Source: Hydrogenobacter hydrogenophilus (lineage in GTDB: Bacteria; Aquificota; Aquificia; Aquificales; Aquificaceae). Taken from it: 64,000 nt of DNA. Every line of letters begins with the position of its first letter. Positions within the stretch are counted from its first letter, which is position 1. A program made the position numbers and the translations under genes. The notes below the pieces were generated by a model. The model had not been told where the DNA came from. It saw only the letters and a list, made by a program, of their open reading frames with translations, and did no database searches. The stretch spans positions 4,243 to 68,242 of the forward strand of contig NZ_OBEN01000007.1 in the NCBI RefSeq assembly GCF_900215655.1, in the 5' to 3' direction. Positions 21,014 to 28,471 of the stretch are shown here, piece by piece.

Positions 21014-21707
21014 GCTTAAGCCTCCACACCATAATTGCCGCTTCTAAGGCTATTTTTTTACTCATCTTTGAAGCACCACTGTTTCTTTCGTAAAATATTA
21101 TGGGTATCTCGCAAACTCTAAAGCCAAGTTTGTAAGTCTTGTAGAACATCTCTATTTGGAAAGCATAACCGTTGGACTTTATAGCCTTTAGGTCTATTTT
21201 CTCTAGTACCTCCCTTTTGTAGCATCTGTATCCACTGGTGATGTCTGTAAACTGTCTTACACCAAGTATAGTAGTTGCATAGAAGTTTGCAAACTTAGAT
21301 ATGAGAAGCCTTTTAAAGTCCCAACCTACTACACTTATAGTCCCTTTTGTGTATCTTGAACCAATCACAAGGTCGCACCCTTCTTCTACCTTTTCTACAA
21401 ACCTTGGTATGTCTGAAGGATCGTGAGAGAGGTCCGCATCCATCTCAAAGAAAAGATCGTAGTCTCTCTCAAGTCCCCACTTGAAGCCCTCCACATACGC
21501 AGTACCAAGTCCAAGCTTTGTATGTCTTTTTAGGAGATTCACTCTCTGGGTCTTCTCCATCCACCTTTGGACTCTCTCCTGTGTGCCATCCTGGGAATTG
21601 TCATCTACCACGAGCACATCTACAAAAGGATGTTGTAAAACCCTCTCAAGTACCTTATCTATGTTGTCCGCTTCGTTATAAGTGGGTAGGACTACCAGCG
21701 CTCTCAT
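21000..21707 (-). CDS. GT2 polyprenyl-phosphate sugar synthase (Dpm1/GtrB/ArnC-like)
   Basis: VVLPTYNEADNI, VVDDNSQDGT, DADLSHDP (the DxD region). Start taken at ATG 21707, which makes an ATGA overlap with the upstream GT4 stop. Confidence 0.8.
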   Translation of the reverse strand: MRALVVLPTYNEADNIDKVLERVLQHPFVDVLVVDDNSQDGTQERVQRWMEKTQRVNLLKRHTKLGLGTAYVEGFKWGLERDYDLFFEMDADLSHDPSDIPRFVEKVEEGCDLVIGSRYTKGTISVVGWDFKRLLISKFANFYATTILGVRQFTDITSGYRCYKREVLEKIDLKAIKSNGYAFQIEMFYKTYKLGFRVCEIPIIFYERNSGASKMSKKIALEAAIMVWRLKLAKT

Positions 21708-22786
21708 AACAGTCCTCTGTCTTTGAGATAGCTTATAAACTCTGCTTTTGTCTTCTCCCAAGAGAAGTTCCTTGCCCACTCCACAGCGTTTGTGGAGAGT
21801 CTCTTGTAGAGCCCCTTATCTTCCCAAAGCAAGAGGGTTTTTTGTGCCATCTCTTGGTAATCCTTTACCAAAAACCCTGTTGTGCCATCTTTTATGCTGT
21901 CTTTTAAGCCTTGGACCCTGTAGCCTATGGCTGGTGTGCCCACTGCATTGGCTTGGATCACCACCTGAGCCCACCCTTCCCTTATGCTTGGAACCAAAAG
22001 CACATGAGACTCCCTTAGAAGTTGGTACTTTTCTTGACTTTCTATGTACCCTGTAAATACCACACCCTCTACATTTCCGTATTTGTTCTGCAGATAGGGT
22101 CTAAGGGGACCATCGCCTATGACATAAATCTTCGCATCCTTTACCCTTTGCTTGACTATCAGGTAAGCTTTTAGAGCGTCTTCTGGATTTTTGGTTTTTT
22201 TGAGCCTTCCTATGTAAGCCAAAGTCAAACTTTTACTTTTTTCTGAAATACTGGGTTCTATATCAAGACCGTTGTGTATGATGGTGATGTCCCTAAAGCC
22301 TATGCTTCTGAGGTCTTCTGCAGTGGATTCAGACACGGTTATAGTGGGCTTTTTTCTGTATAGTCTCAGAAGGAGTTTCTCCAAGAGTCTGAAAGGATAG
22401 CCCAAAGGTCCCAGCTCTGCGGTCCAAAACTCTTCATAAAGCTGGTGTATAAGCAGGATGGAGTTTTTCAAAAAGAAGGTCGTGTATCCCAAGCCATTGA
22501 ACTCATCCACTATGAGCCAGTCCTTAGGCTTTTTAAGAGCGTACAGAAAGCCATAAAGGTGTGTGGTAAGCTCGTTGCCTTTCCTGATAAACCTTATACC
22601 TTCAAGATGCTCTTCTGCGGATAGTCCTTTGGGTCTTGAGGCAAACCACTCCACCTGCGCGCCTACGCTAATTAGCGCCTTTGCCAGCTCCATTGTATAG
22701 ACCTCCGCCCCACCCTTTTCTGGATGCTTTATGCACCTCCTATTGAGAAAAAGCACCTTCATGCCTTGTAGAGGCTCAGCACCCAC
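21704..22786 (-). CDS. Glycosyltransferase family 4 (GT-B)
   Basis: 360 aa. C-terminal GT1 domain with the E...E motif (PSIREGWAQVVIQANAVGTPAIG). Confidence 0.75.
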   Translation of the reverse strand: MGAEPLQGMKVLFLNRRCIKHPEKGGAEVYTMELAKALISVGAQVEWFASRPKGLSAEEHLEGIRFIRKGNELTTHLYGFLYALKKPKDWLIVDEFNGLGYTTFFLKNSILLIHQLYEEFWTAELGPLGYPFRLLEKLLLRLYRKKPTITVSESTAEDLRSIGFRDITIIHNGLDIEPSISEKSKSLTLAYIGRLKKTKNPEDALKAYLIVKQRVKDAKIYVIGDGPLRPYLQNKYGNVEGVVFTGYIESQEKYQLLRESHVLLVPSIREGWAQVVIQANAVGTPAIGYRVQGLKDSIKDGTTGFLVKDYQEMAQKTLLLWEDKGLYKRLSTNAVEWARNFSWEKTKAEFISYLKDRGLL

Positions 22787-23346
22787 AAAGAAAAGAAGAC
22801 CACAAAGGATAACAAACCTACCCTAAAAGATCTATAAATCATAAAAACTACAGACCCTATCCATCCCAAAAGGGACAGCACCACAAGAATGCTCCAAAAG
22901 ACAGAAGGATACGGGTCATAATCCTGCATGGCTTTTAGGTCTTTGTATATCTGCTGATACTTGTCCTCTGGTGGAAGGTTGTTCTGTATGTAGAGCTCCG
23001 TCTTTAGGAGCACTATGTCTTTGTCTAACTTTTGGAGTTTTTCCGAGTATGGAGTGTATATGCCTCTTATTTGGTATATAGCAGACCTTAGCGTCTCATA
23101 GCAAAAAAGCCTGTGCTCCTTTTCCTTGAGCTTGGGACATAGCTTTTCTATTTTCTCCACCGCTTCTTGGTTGTAAGGACTAAAGGGTACATAATTTAGA
23201 AGTGTCCTCTCGTACATGGATATAGCCATAAGGGGATTTCCAGATACCAAAAGAGCATCACCTTCTCTAATAAGTCTTTTCTGGTTTTGAAAAAGCACAA
23301 ACACAGCGCTCATAACCAAGACAAAGATAACCAACAGCCACTTCAT
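22759..23346 (-). CDS. Membrane protein, hypothetical (N-terminal signal-anchor, two C-terminal TM helices)
   Basis: ATGA overlap with the upstream GT-C gene stop. No recognisable motif. Confidence 0.4.
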   Translation of the reverse strand: MKWLLVIFVLVMSAVFVLFQNQKRLIREGDALLVSGNPLMAISMYERTLLNYVPFSPYNQEAVEKIEKLCPKLKEKEHRLFCYETLRSAIYQIRGIYTPYSEKLQKLDKDIVLLKTELYIQNNLPPEDKYQQIYKDLKAMQDYDPYPSVFWSILVVLSLLGWIGSVVFMIYRSFRVGLLSFVVFFSLWVLSLYKA

Positions 23347-25244
23347 CTTAAGCTTCCCCTTGCCTCCGCAGTGTAAGGGTAATAGATAAACCTCTCCAAT
23401 TTGTTATTTTGCATCACCCTGTTATAAAGGTCTATAAGATTCTTGTTCTCTGGTCCTACCTTTATCTCAAACTCCGCACCGGGATGGCTCTTATCTCCCG
23501 GTCTGTTTACGGACACTCTAAAGGTGTTTCCCATATATCTCACGTCATAATTCAAAAGTCCAGTTTGTTTGCTGACTTCCACTCTGGAAATAAGGTAAGC
23601 AAACATAGGCAGAGAGTAGTTGCAAAGAGTTGCAGAAAACCTATCATCAGTCATGTAGTTGGCGCAGTCTAACATGCTAAGGTTTTCAAGTTCCTCGTAG
23701 CGCAATAACCTCTTTGTCCAAACATTCTCAGGAACTTGTAGGTTTTTGGGAATCAAGGCAAAGGAAAACACCCAAAACTCGTTTTTGAAAAACTCAGCCA
23801 AAGGATTGGGAGGTTTTAAAAACACTATACTGTAAAGCCTTCCAGATGAAGCAAACTCTGCAAAATTACCCTTAAAGAAGCTGGAAAATAGGTAACTGTC
23901 TTTGTAAAGCTTTTGGGGATAGCACCCTCTGGGTATGAGGGTGTTGCTATCTGGTGACAGGTAGTCGTTGGAGCAGATATCCTGCCTGTAGCGTGCCAAG
24001 TACTTAAAGTACCAAGAGCCAAAGGTATGGTTATCTCCGTAAGTTAGGTACAGGCTTCCTACTGGAAGGGAAGAGATGATGCTCTTGGAAATAGAATAAG
24101 CCACATAGTTGTCATTAAAGTTCTGGTCTATAAGCCTATCAAAGACACCCACCAAAGCGTATACAGAAAGAGATGCAGGAAGTGCTACTTTCAAAAGCTC
24201 CGTTCTTTTAAGAAGATCCACCACCCAATAGAGCCCAAGACCACAGAAAAGAGCAAATCCAAAGAGTGCAGGTAGGAAGTACTGATGCGCACCTATGTAC
24301 CATCCATCAGACTTTATGAGAGGAAAAGAGAAGGTCATCTTAGCAAGCAGGAGGGAGTAAGCAAGGAAGAAAAGGCTAAGGTAGATGCCTACCCTTCTTG
24401 AGAACCTAAAAGCCCACAAGATACCCAAAAGGAAAAGGGGAAAAGCGTAAATAGGAAAGTTAGTCTTAAAGATAATAAAAAGGTTTTTCAGCGCGTAGTA
24501 GTAGCCCATTGGGTCTGCAAACAGACCCTTTGCCACCTCCGGAGATGACCCCTGCTGGTAGGGTTTTCTAAGAAACACTTCCCAAAAGCTATTTAGGTCA
24601 TAAACTGGATTGGGTACGAACACCCTGTTACCCCTGATGAACATGTGCAGGTTTGCCCAAAAGCCAAGCAAGAAAAAGAAGATGCTAAAGGGTAGGTTTT
24701 TTAGGAATGGTCTAAAATAAAGTATGGAAACATACACAAGGGGTATAACCACAAGAACAGCTGTGTGGTGATTGGCAAGAGAAAGCCCCAACAAGAAGCT
24801 TCCAAGGAAACTAAGCCTTCTGTCATAACCTTCAAGAATGACTTTTAGACCAAAATACAAAAGCAGGGATATTATAAAAAGATTAAGCATGTAGAACTTC
24901 ATAACTACAGACTGTCCCCAGAAGGAGTAAGAGACACCCAAAAGAGCCACAGGGAACAAAGAAACTAAAGCGTTTCCCGTCAAAGTGTGCACAAGTCTAT
25001 AAAGCATATAAAGAGACAGTAAAGAAAACACTACAGATGCTAAAACCATTCTGAAGGGAACGCTTCCTAAGGGTAAAAAGCTAAAAAGCTTTAAAACTTC
25101 CATGTACAGAGGATATCCAGAAGGGTGTGCAAGACCTAAGGTTATAGCTCCTACCGCAAACTCTCCTGCATCCCCCGTATTTATAACCTTGCTGGAAGAG
25201 AAGGTATAAAAAAAGGCAAAAAGAGACAAAAGAAGGAATATCAC
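23343..25244 (-). CDS. GT-C-type polytopic membrane glycosyltransferase (PMT/ArnT/DUF2723-like), candidate pilin O-glycosyltransferase
   Basis: 633 aa. About 11-12 TM helices in the first ~370 aa and a ~260 aa soluble C-terminal domain. GDAGEF acidic motif in the first extracytoplasmic loop. GTG start overlaps the pilA2 stop (GTGA). Confidence 0.65.
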   Translation of the reverse strand: MIFLLLSLFAFFYTFSSSKVINTGDAGEFAVGAITLGLAHPSGYPLYMEVLKLFSFLPLGSVPFRMVLASVVFSLLSLYMLYRLVHTLTGNALVSLFPVALLGVSYSFWGQSVVMKFYMLNLFIISLLLYFGLKVILEGYDRRLSFLGSFLLGLSLANHHTAVLVVIPLVYVSILYFRPFLKNLPFSIFFFLLGFWANLHMFIRGNRVFVPNPVYDLNSFWEVFLRKPYQQGSSPEVAKGLFADPMGYYYALKNLFIIFKTNFPIYAFPLFLLGILWAFRFSRRVGIYLSLFFLAYSLLLAKMTFSFPLIKSDGWYIGAHQYFLPALFGFALFCGLGLYWVVDLLKRTELLKVALPASLSVYALVGVFDRLIDQNFNDNYVAYSISKSIISSLPVGSLYLTYGDNHTFGSWYFKYLARYRQDICSNDYLSPDSNTLIPRGCYPQKLYKDSYLFSSFFKGNFAEFASSGRLYSIVFLKPPNPLAEFFKNEFWVFSFALIPKNLQVPENVWTKRLLRYEELENLSMLDCANYMTDDRFSATLCNYSLPMFAYLISRVEVSKQTGLLNYDVRYMGNTFRVSVNRPGDKSHPGAEFEIKVGPENKNLIDLYNRVMQNNKLERFIYYPYTAEARGSLR

Positions 25245-25636
25245 CTGACGCTACACCTCAGGTTGTTTTCCGAAAACTCGCACACCGCTGTATAGTTGTT
25301 TATTCCTGCAAGCATACCTCTTACAGTACCACTTGCTATACCGTTTGGCGTGCATGTATAGCTTCCATCAAGCAAAACCTCAACATTTCCCATAGCGGTA
25401 TTGACATTGGAGCAATTAGGAAGACCATTGAGGCTGTAAGGTGTAGGAGCTTCTACAAACTTAGAGACGCAATTCGCCATGGCATCTTTGGCACATGCTG
25501 AAGCTATAGAAAGGGCAAAGTTAGCCACCTTAGATTTGTCGCGATACATAAGATAAGAAGGAATAGCCATAGAAGCCAGTATAACCAAAAGAGCTATAAC
25601 TATCAGAAGCTCTACAAGAGTAAAGCCTTTTTTCAT
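25241..25636 (-). CDS. Type IVa pilin (second pilin paralog)
   Basis: MKKG|FTLVELLIVIALLVILASMAIPSY class III signal with Glu at +5. C-terminal disulfide pair (AVCEF...RCSVR). The ORF-track TTG start at 25654 lies inside the upstream stem-loop, so the ATG at 25636 is preferred. Confidence 0.8.
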   Translation of the reverse strand: MKKGFTLVELLIVIALLVILASMAIPSYLMYRDKSKVANFALSIASACAKDAMANCVSKFVEAPTPYSLNGLPNCSNVNTAMGNVEVLLDGSYTCTPNGIASGTVRGMLAGINNYTAVCEFSENNLRCSVR

Positions 25637-25643
25637 GGCAAAA

Positions 25644-25661
25644 GCCCCCCACAAAGGGGGC
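25644..25661 (-). terminator. GC-rich stem-loop (GCCCCC-6 nt loop-GGGGGC) between the two pilin genes, followed on the - strand by TTTTGCCATG. Partial terminator/attenuator.
   Basis: Read directly: 25644 GCCCCCC ACAAA GGGGGC 25661. A T4 tract and the pilA2 ATG follow immediately on the - strand. Confidence 0.55.
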
Positions 25662-25679
25662 TAAGAGCTTCAGCTTAGA

Positions 25680-26120
25680 TTAACCCTGTATGGTGCACTT
25701 GACGCTTTGTTTGTCGTAAGTGCAAACCGCAGTGTAGTCAGTAGCGGTATCAAGTGTAGCAGTCGCACTGCTGTTAGATAAAGTACCGTCGGGATTGCAG
25801 GTACCGGGAGTAACTGACAGCGTTACTTGTCCACCACCAGTTGTTATGGTCGTTGTAGAACAGTTAGCCAGCTGAGTTGTTGGAGGTGCACCGCTTGCGT
25901 TTTCTGTACACCACGCTACCATGTCTAACATACAACCTCTGGCTATGGGTTCTGCGTAGGAGCTTACTTTGGCTTTCCTTTGGTACTTTAGGTACTGCGG
26001 TATTGCCAAGGATGCCAGTATGGCTATGATGGCTATGACGATGAGTAGCTCAATGAGGGTGAAACCCCTTGAGCTGTTCATCCTCGCGGACCTGCTCGTG
26101 GCTTGATAGAGCTGTCTCAT
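25680..26120 (-). CDS. pilA: Type IVa major pilin with Ser/Thr-rich C-terminal region
   Basis: ...RG|[24 protein letters not shown] prepilin signal. C-terminal [19 protein letters not shown]...[14 protein letters not shown] and a disulfide pair (AVCTY...KCTIQG). Start 26120 has an AAGGAGGG SD, giving a 19-aa leader. The alternative ATG at 26081 gives a 6-aa leader. Confidence 0.8.
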   Translation of the reverse strand: MRQLYQATSRSARMNSSRGFTLIELLIVIAIIAILASLAIPQYLKYQRKAKVSSYAEPIARGCMLDMVAWCTENASGAPPTTQLANCSTTTITTGGGQVTLSVTPGTCNPDGTLSNSSATATLDTATDYTAVCTYDKQSVKCTIQG

Positions 26121-26200
26121 GGCTAAACCCTCCTTTAAAGGTTATTAAGTTTTAATGTTAACGCAGGTTGCGTATAATGGCAAGGTTCTTCACGAAAACT

Positions 26201-26431
26201 TCACTTATCCTCCTTGTGTGGAACTTCAAAAACCTTATAAAGAAGCTGTCTTATCTCTCTTATGTCTTGTTCCAGTCTGTCTAGTCTCCTGTCCACATCC
26301 TGCCGTAAGTCATCTATACGCTTATTGATATCATCAAAGCGTTTGTTTTGCACATTTGCAATGATCCCCATTAGCACCACATTACCCCCTATTATGCTCG
26401 CTATGATGGTGATAACTTGTATCCATTCCAT
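26201..26431 (-). CDS. Small signal-anchored hendecad-repeat coiled-coil protein, paralog 4 of 4
   Basis: 76 aa. MEWIQ plus a 22-aa hydrophobic helix, NKR(F/I)DD..RIDDLRQDVDRRLDRLEQDI modules, invariant tail REIRQLLYKVFEVPHKEDK. Confidence 0.6.
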   Translation of the reverse strand: MEWIQVITIIASIIGGNVVLMGIIANVQNKRFDDINKRIDDLRQDVDRRLDRLEQDIREIRQLLYKVFEVPHKEDK

Positions 26432-26683
26432 TCACTTTTCCTCCTTGTGTGGCACTTCAAACACCTTATAAAGAAGCTGGCGTATCTCTCTTATGTCTTG
26501 TTCTATCTTATCAAGCCTTCTGTCTATTTCTTGCTCCATCTTGTCCAGTCTTCTATCTATGTCCTGCCTTAGGTCGTCAATCCTTCTGTTTGTGTCATCA
26601 ATCCTTTTGTTAAGTAAGACTACTACTATACTTATAATTCCCACAAAGCTTGCAATGATGGTTATGGTTTGTGTCCAATCCAT
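26432..26683 (-). CDS. Small signal-anchored hendecad-repeat coiled-coil protein, paralog 3 of 4
   Basis: 83 aa. Same architecture with one extra IDRRLDK(M/I)EQ(E/D) module. Confidence 0.6.
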   Translation of the reverse strand: MDWTQTITIIASFVGIISIVVVLLNKRIDDTNRRIDDLRQDIDRRLDKMEQEIDRRLDKIEQDIREIRQLLYKVFEVPHKEEK

Positions 26684-26911
26684 TCACTTATCCTCTTTGT
26701 GAGGTATTTCAAACACCTTGTAAAGTAGCTGTCTTATTTCTCTTAGTTCCTGTCTTATCTCTTTCATGTCTTCCCTTAGGTCATCTATGCGCCTGTTTGT
26801 GTCCTCTATACGCTTATTTGTGTCCTCAATGCGTTTGTTCAAAAGGTTAGCCACTATTCCAATAACAGCTGTTAAGCTGGCTATCACAGTAAGAGCCTGT
26901 ATCCATTCCAT
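26684..26911 (-). CDS. Small signal-anchored hendecad-repeat coiled-coil protein, paralog 2 of 4
   Basis: 75 aa. Same architecture with a variant repeat (RIEDTNKRIEDTNRRIDDLREDMKEIRQELREIRQLL). Confidence 0.6.
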   Translation of the reverse strand: MEWIQALTVIASLTAVIGIVANLLNKRIEDTNKRIEDTNRRIDDLREDMKEIRQELREIRQLLYKVFEIPHKEDK

Positions 26912-27109
26912 TTACTTGTCCTCCTTATGAGGCACTTCAAATATCTTATAAAGAAGCTGTCTTATCTCTCTTATGTCTTGCTCCAATCTATCCAGTCTCC
27001 TGTCCATGTCTTGTCTAAGGTCGTCTATGCGTTTGTTTAACAACTGAGCAACTATTCCAATAACTGCAGTGAGGCTGGCTATTACTGTAAGGGCTTGTAC
27101 CCATTCCAT
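26912..27109 (-). CDS. Small signal-anchored hendecad-repeat coiled-coil protein, paralog 1 of 4 (shortest)
   Basis: 65 aa. First gene of the array. No SD. Preceded by a -35/-10 pair with the -10 ending 8 nt before the ATG. Confidence 0.6.
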   Translation of the reverse strand: MEWVQALTVIASLTAVIGIVAQLLNKRIDDLRQDMDRRLDRLEQDIREIRQLLYKIFEVPHKEDK

Positions 27110-27117
27110 AGCGTTAA

Positions 27118-27146
27118 ATATATCTTAGCTTTAAATCTTTGACAAA
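27118..27146 (-). promoter_or_regulatory. Putative sigma70-type promoter for the paralog array (-35 TTGTCA, 17-nt spacer, -10 TATATT). The -10 ends 8 nt before the ATG, so the mRNA would be leaderless.
   Basis: On the - strand: TTGTCA aagatttaaagctaaga TATATT taacgct ATG. Confidence 0.4.
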
Positions 27147-27168
27147 CGAGAGTGTATAACATATACTT
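27140..27168 (+). promoter_or_regulatory. Putative divergent promoter for rseP (-35 TTGACA, 17-nt spacer, -10 TATACT, 7 nt to ATG). Its -35 overlaps the -35 of the opposite promoter.
   Basis: TTGACA 27140-27145, TATACT 27163-27168, ATG 27176. Confidence 0.4.
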
Positions 27169-27175
27169 ATGACCC

Positions 27176-28471
27176 ATGGAGACACTTTTAGCTTTTTTGA
27201 TACTCATAGGTGTGCTTGTGTGGTTTCATGAGTTTGGACACTTTCTTTTTGCCAAACTTTTCGGTGTAAAGGTAGAGGTTTTTTCTATAGGTTTTGGTCC
27301 AGTGGTTTTAAGTAAGAAGTGGGGAGAGACTGAGTATAGGGTATCTGCCATACCTTTGGGTGGGTTTGTCAAGCTCTACGGCGAAGAAGAAAACTCAGAT
27401 GACCCAAGAGCTTTTTCTTCAAAGAAGAATTATCAAAAGATACTTATAGCCAGTGGAGGACCTCTTTTTAATTTTATATTGGCGGTTCTTTTGTTTGCTC
27501 TCATCTTTTCTGTAGGAAAACCTACACCTTCCTATGTACTTGAAAAACCTCTTGTAGGACATGTGGTGGAAAACAGCCCAGCACAAAAGCTTGGACTAAA
27601 AGAAGGAGATCTTTTATTAGAGATAAACGGTAAGAAGGTAAACACATGGAAGGACTTTGAAAATGTTGTGCTTGAGAGTGTATTGAAAAAGAACTGGAAC
27701 ATAGTGGTACTCAGAAACGGTCAGGTACTGCAACTTTCTGGAAGTGTGGAGCTTTCTAAGGCTCACTCTTTTGGTGTTGAGCCTTACATTAAACCTGTCA
27801 TAGGCAAGGTTCTTCCAAAAAGCCCAGCGGAGCAAGTAGGTATAAAAGAAGGAGATGAAATATTAGAAATAAACGGCAAAAAGGTTAAAAGTTGGTACGA
27901 TGCGGTAGCCCTCATAAGAAGTACAAAGGGGGAGATTATAAAGCTTAAGATCAAAAGGGACGGACAGGTTCTTGAGAAGCATGTGATACCTATGGTTGAT
28001 AAAAGGACGGGCACTCCTCTTTTGGGTGTATCACCGCGCATAGAACTCATAAGCGTAAAAGAGCCATTAGGTGAAGCTGTCTTGGAAGCTTTTAAGAAAA
28101 CACAGGATTTAACAGTCTTGTCCATTAAAGCTCTTTGGGGTTTAATTACCGGTGGTCTTTCCCTAAAAACGCTTGGTGGTCCTATAGCTATTGCTCAGTT
28201 GGCTGGAGAATCTGCCCAGCAGGGGCTCATAGCTTTTCTTGGTATGATGGCTTTTATATCCGTTCAGCTTGCAGTTTTCAATCTCATTCCTCTTCCTGTA
28301 CTTGACGGTGGCTTAATACTCCTCTTTCTTATAGAATCTATTAGGAGAAGACCTCTTTCGCAGAAGTTCAAAGAAAACTGGCAAAAAGTAGGCTTTGCCA
28401 TCATTATAGCTCTTTCAGCTTTTGTTATACTCAACGATATAGTGAGACTTATAACCGGTAGTGGTGTTTAA
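27176..28471 (+). CDS. rseP: Regulated intramembrane proteolysis site-2 protease RseP
   Basis: HEFGHFLFA zinc motif in TM1, two PDZ domains, C-terminal LDGG motif. Confidence 0.9.
   Translation: METLLAFLILIGVLVWFHEFGHFLFAKLFGVKVEVFSIGFGPVVLSKKWGETEYRVSAIPLGGFVKLYGEEENSDDPRAFSSKKNYQKILIASGGPLFNFILAVLLFALIFSVGKPTPSYVLEKPLVGHVVENSPAQKLGLKEGDLLLEINGKKVNTWKDFENVVLESVLKKNWNIVVLRNGQVLQLSGSVELSKAHSFGVEPYIKPVIGKVLPKSPAEQVGIKEGDEILEINGKKVKSWYDAVALIRSTKGEIIKLKIKRDGQVLEKHVIPMVDKRTGTPLLGVSPRIELISVKEPLGEAVLEAFKKTQDLTVLSIKALWGLITGGLSLKTLGGPIAIAQLAGESAQQGLIAFLGMMAFISVQLAVFNLIPLPVLDGGLILLFLIESIRRRPLSQKFKENWQKVGFAIIIALSAFVILNDIVRLITGSGV

Larger units (their letters stand above)
26201..27109 (-). repeat. Tandem array of four ~200-250 bp gene-length direct repeats (the four paralogous ORFs), with zero-nt junctions between copies
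   Basis: Nucleotide similarity is visible at every copy boundary, for example cacttatcctccttgtgtggaacttcaaaaaccttataaagaagctg at 26201, 26432, 26684 and 26912. Confidence 0.85.

Noticed and set aside
26121-26200. Searched the 80-nt region upstream of the major pilin for a sigma-54 promoter (TGGCAC-N5-TTGC), as pilA is RpoN-dependent in many bacteria
   Set aside because: No GG-N10-GC match. Only a weak TTGCCA / TTAACA pair is present. Expression more likely comes by read-through from the paralog-array promoter.
26201-27109. Regularly spaced ~230-bp direct repeats that could be mistaken for a CRISPR-like or satellite array
   Set aside because: The repeat unit is far longer than CRISPR repeats and there are no spacers. 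Each unit is a complete ORF with a start, a TM helix and a stop, so these are tandem gene duplications.
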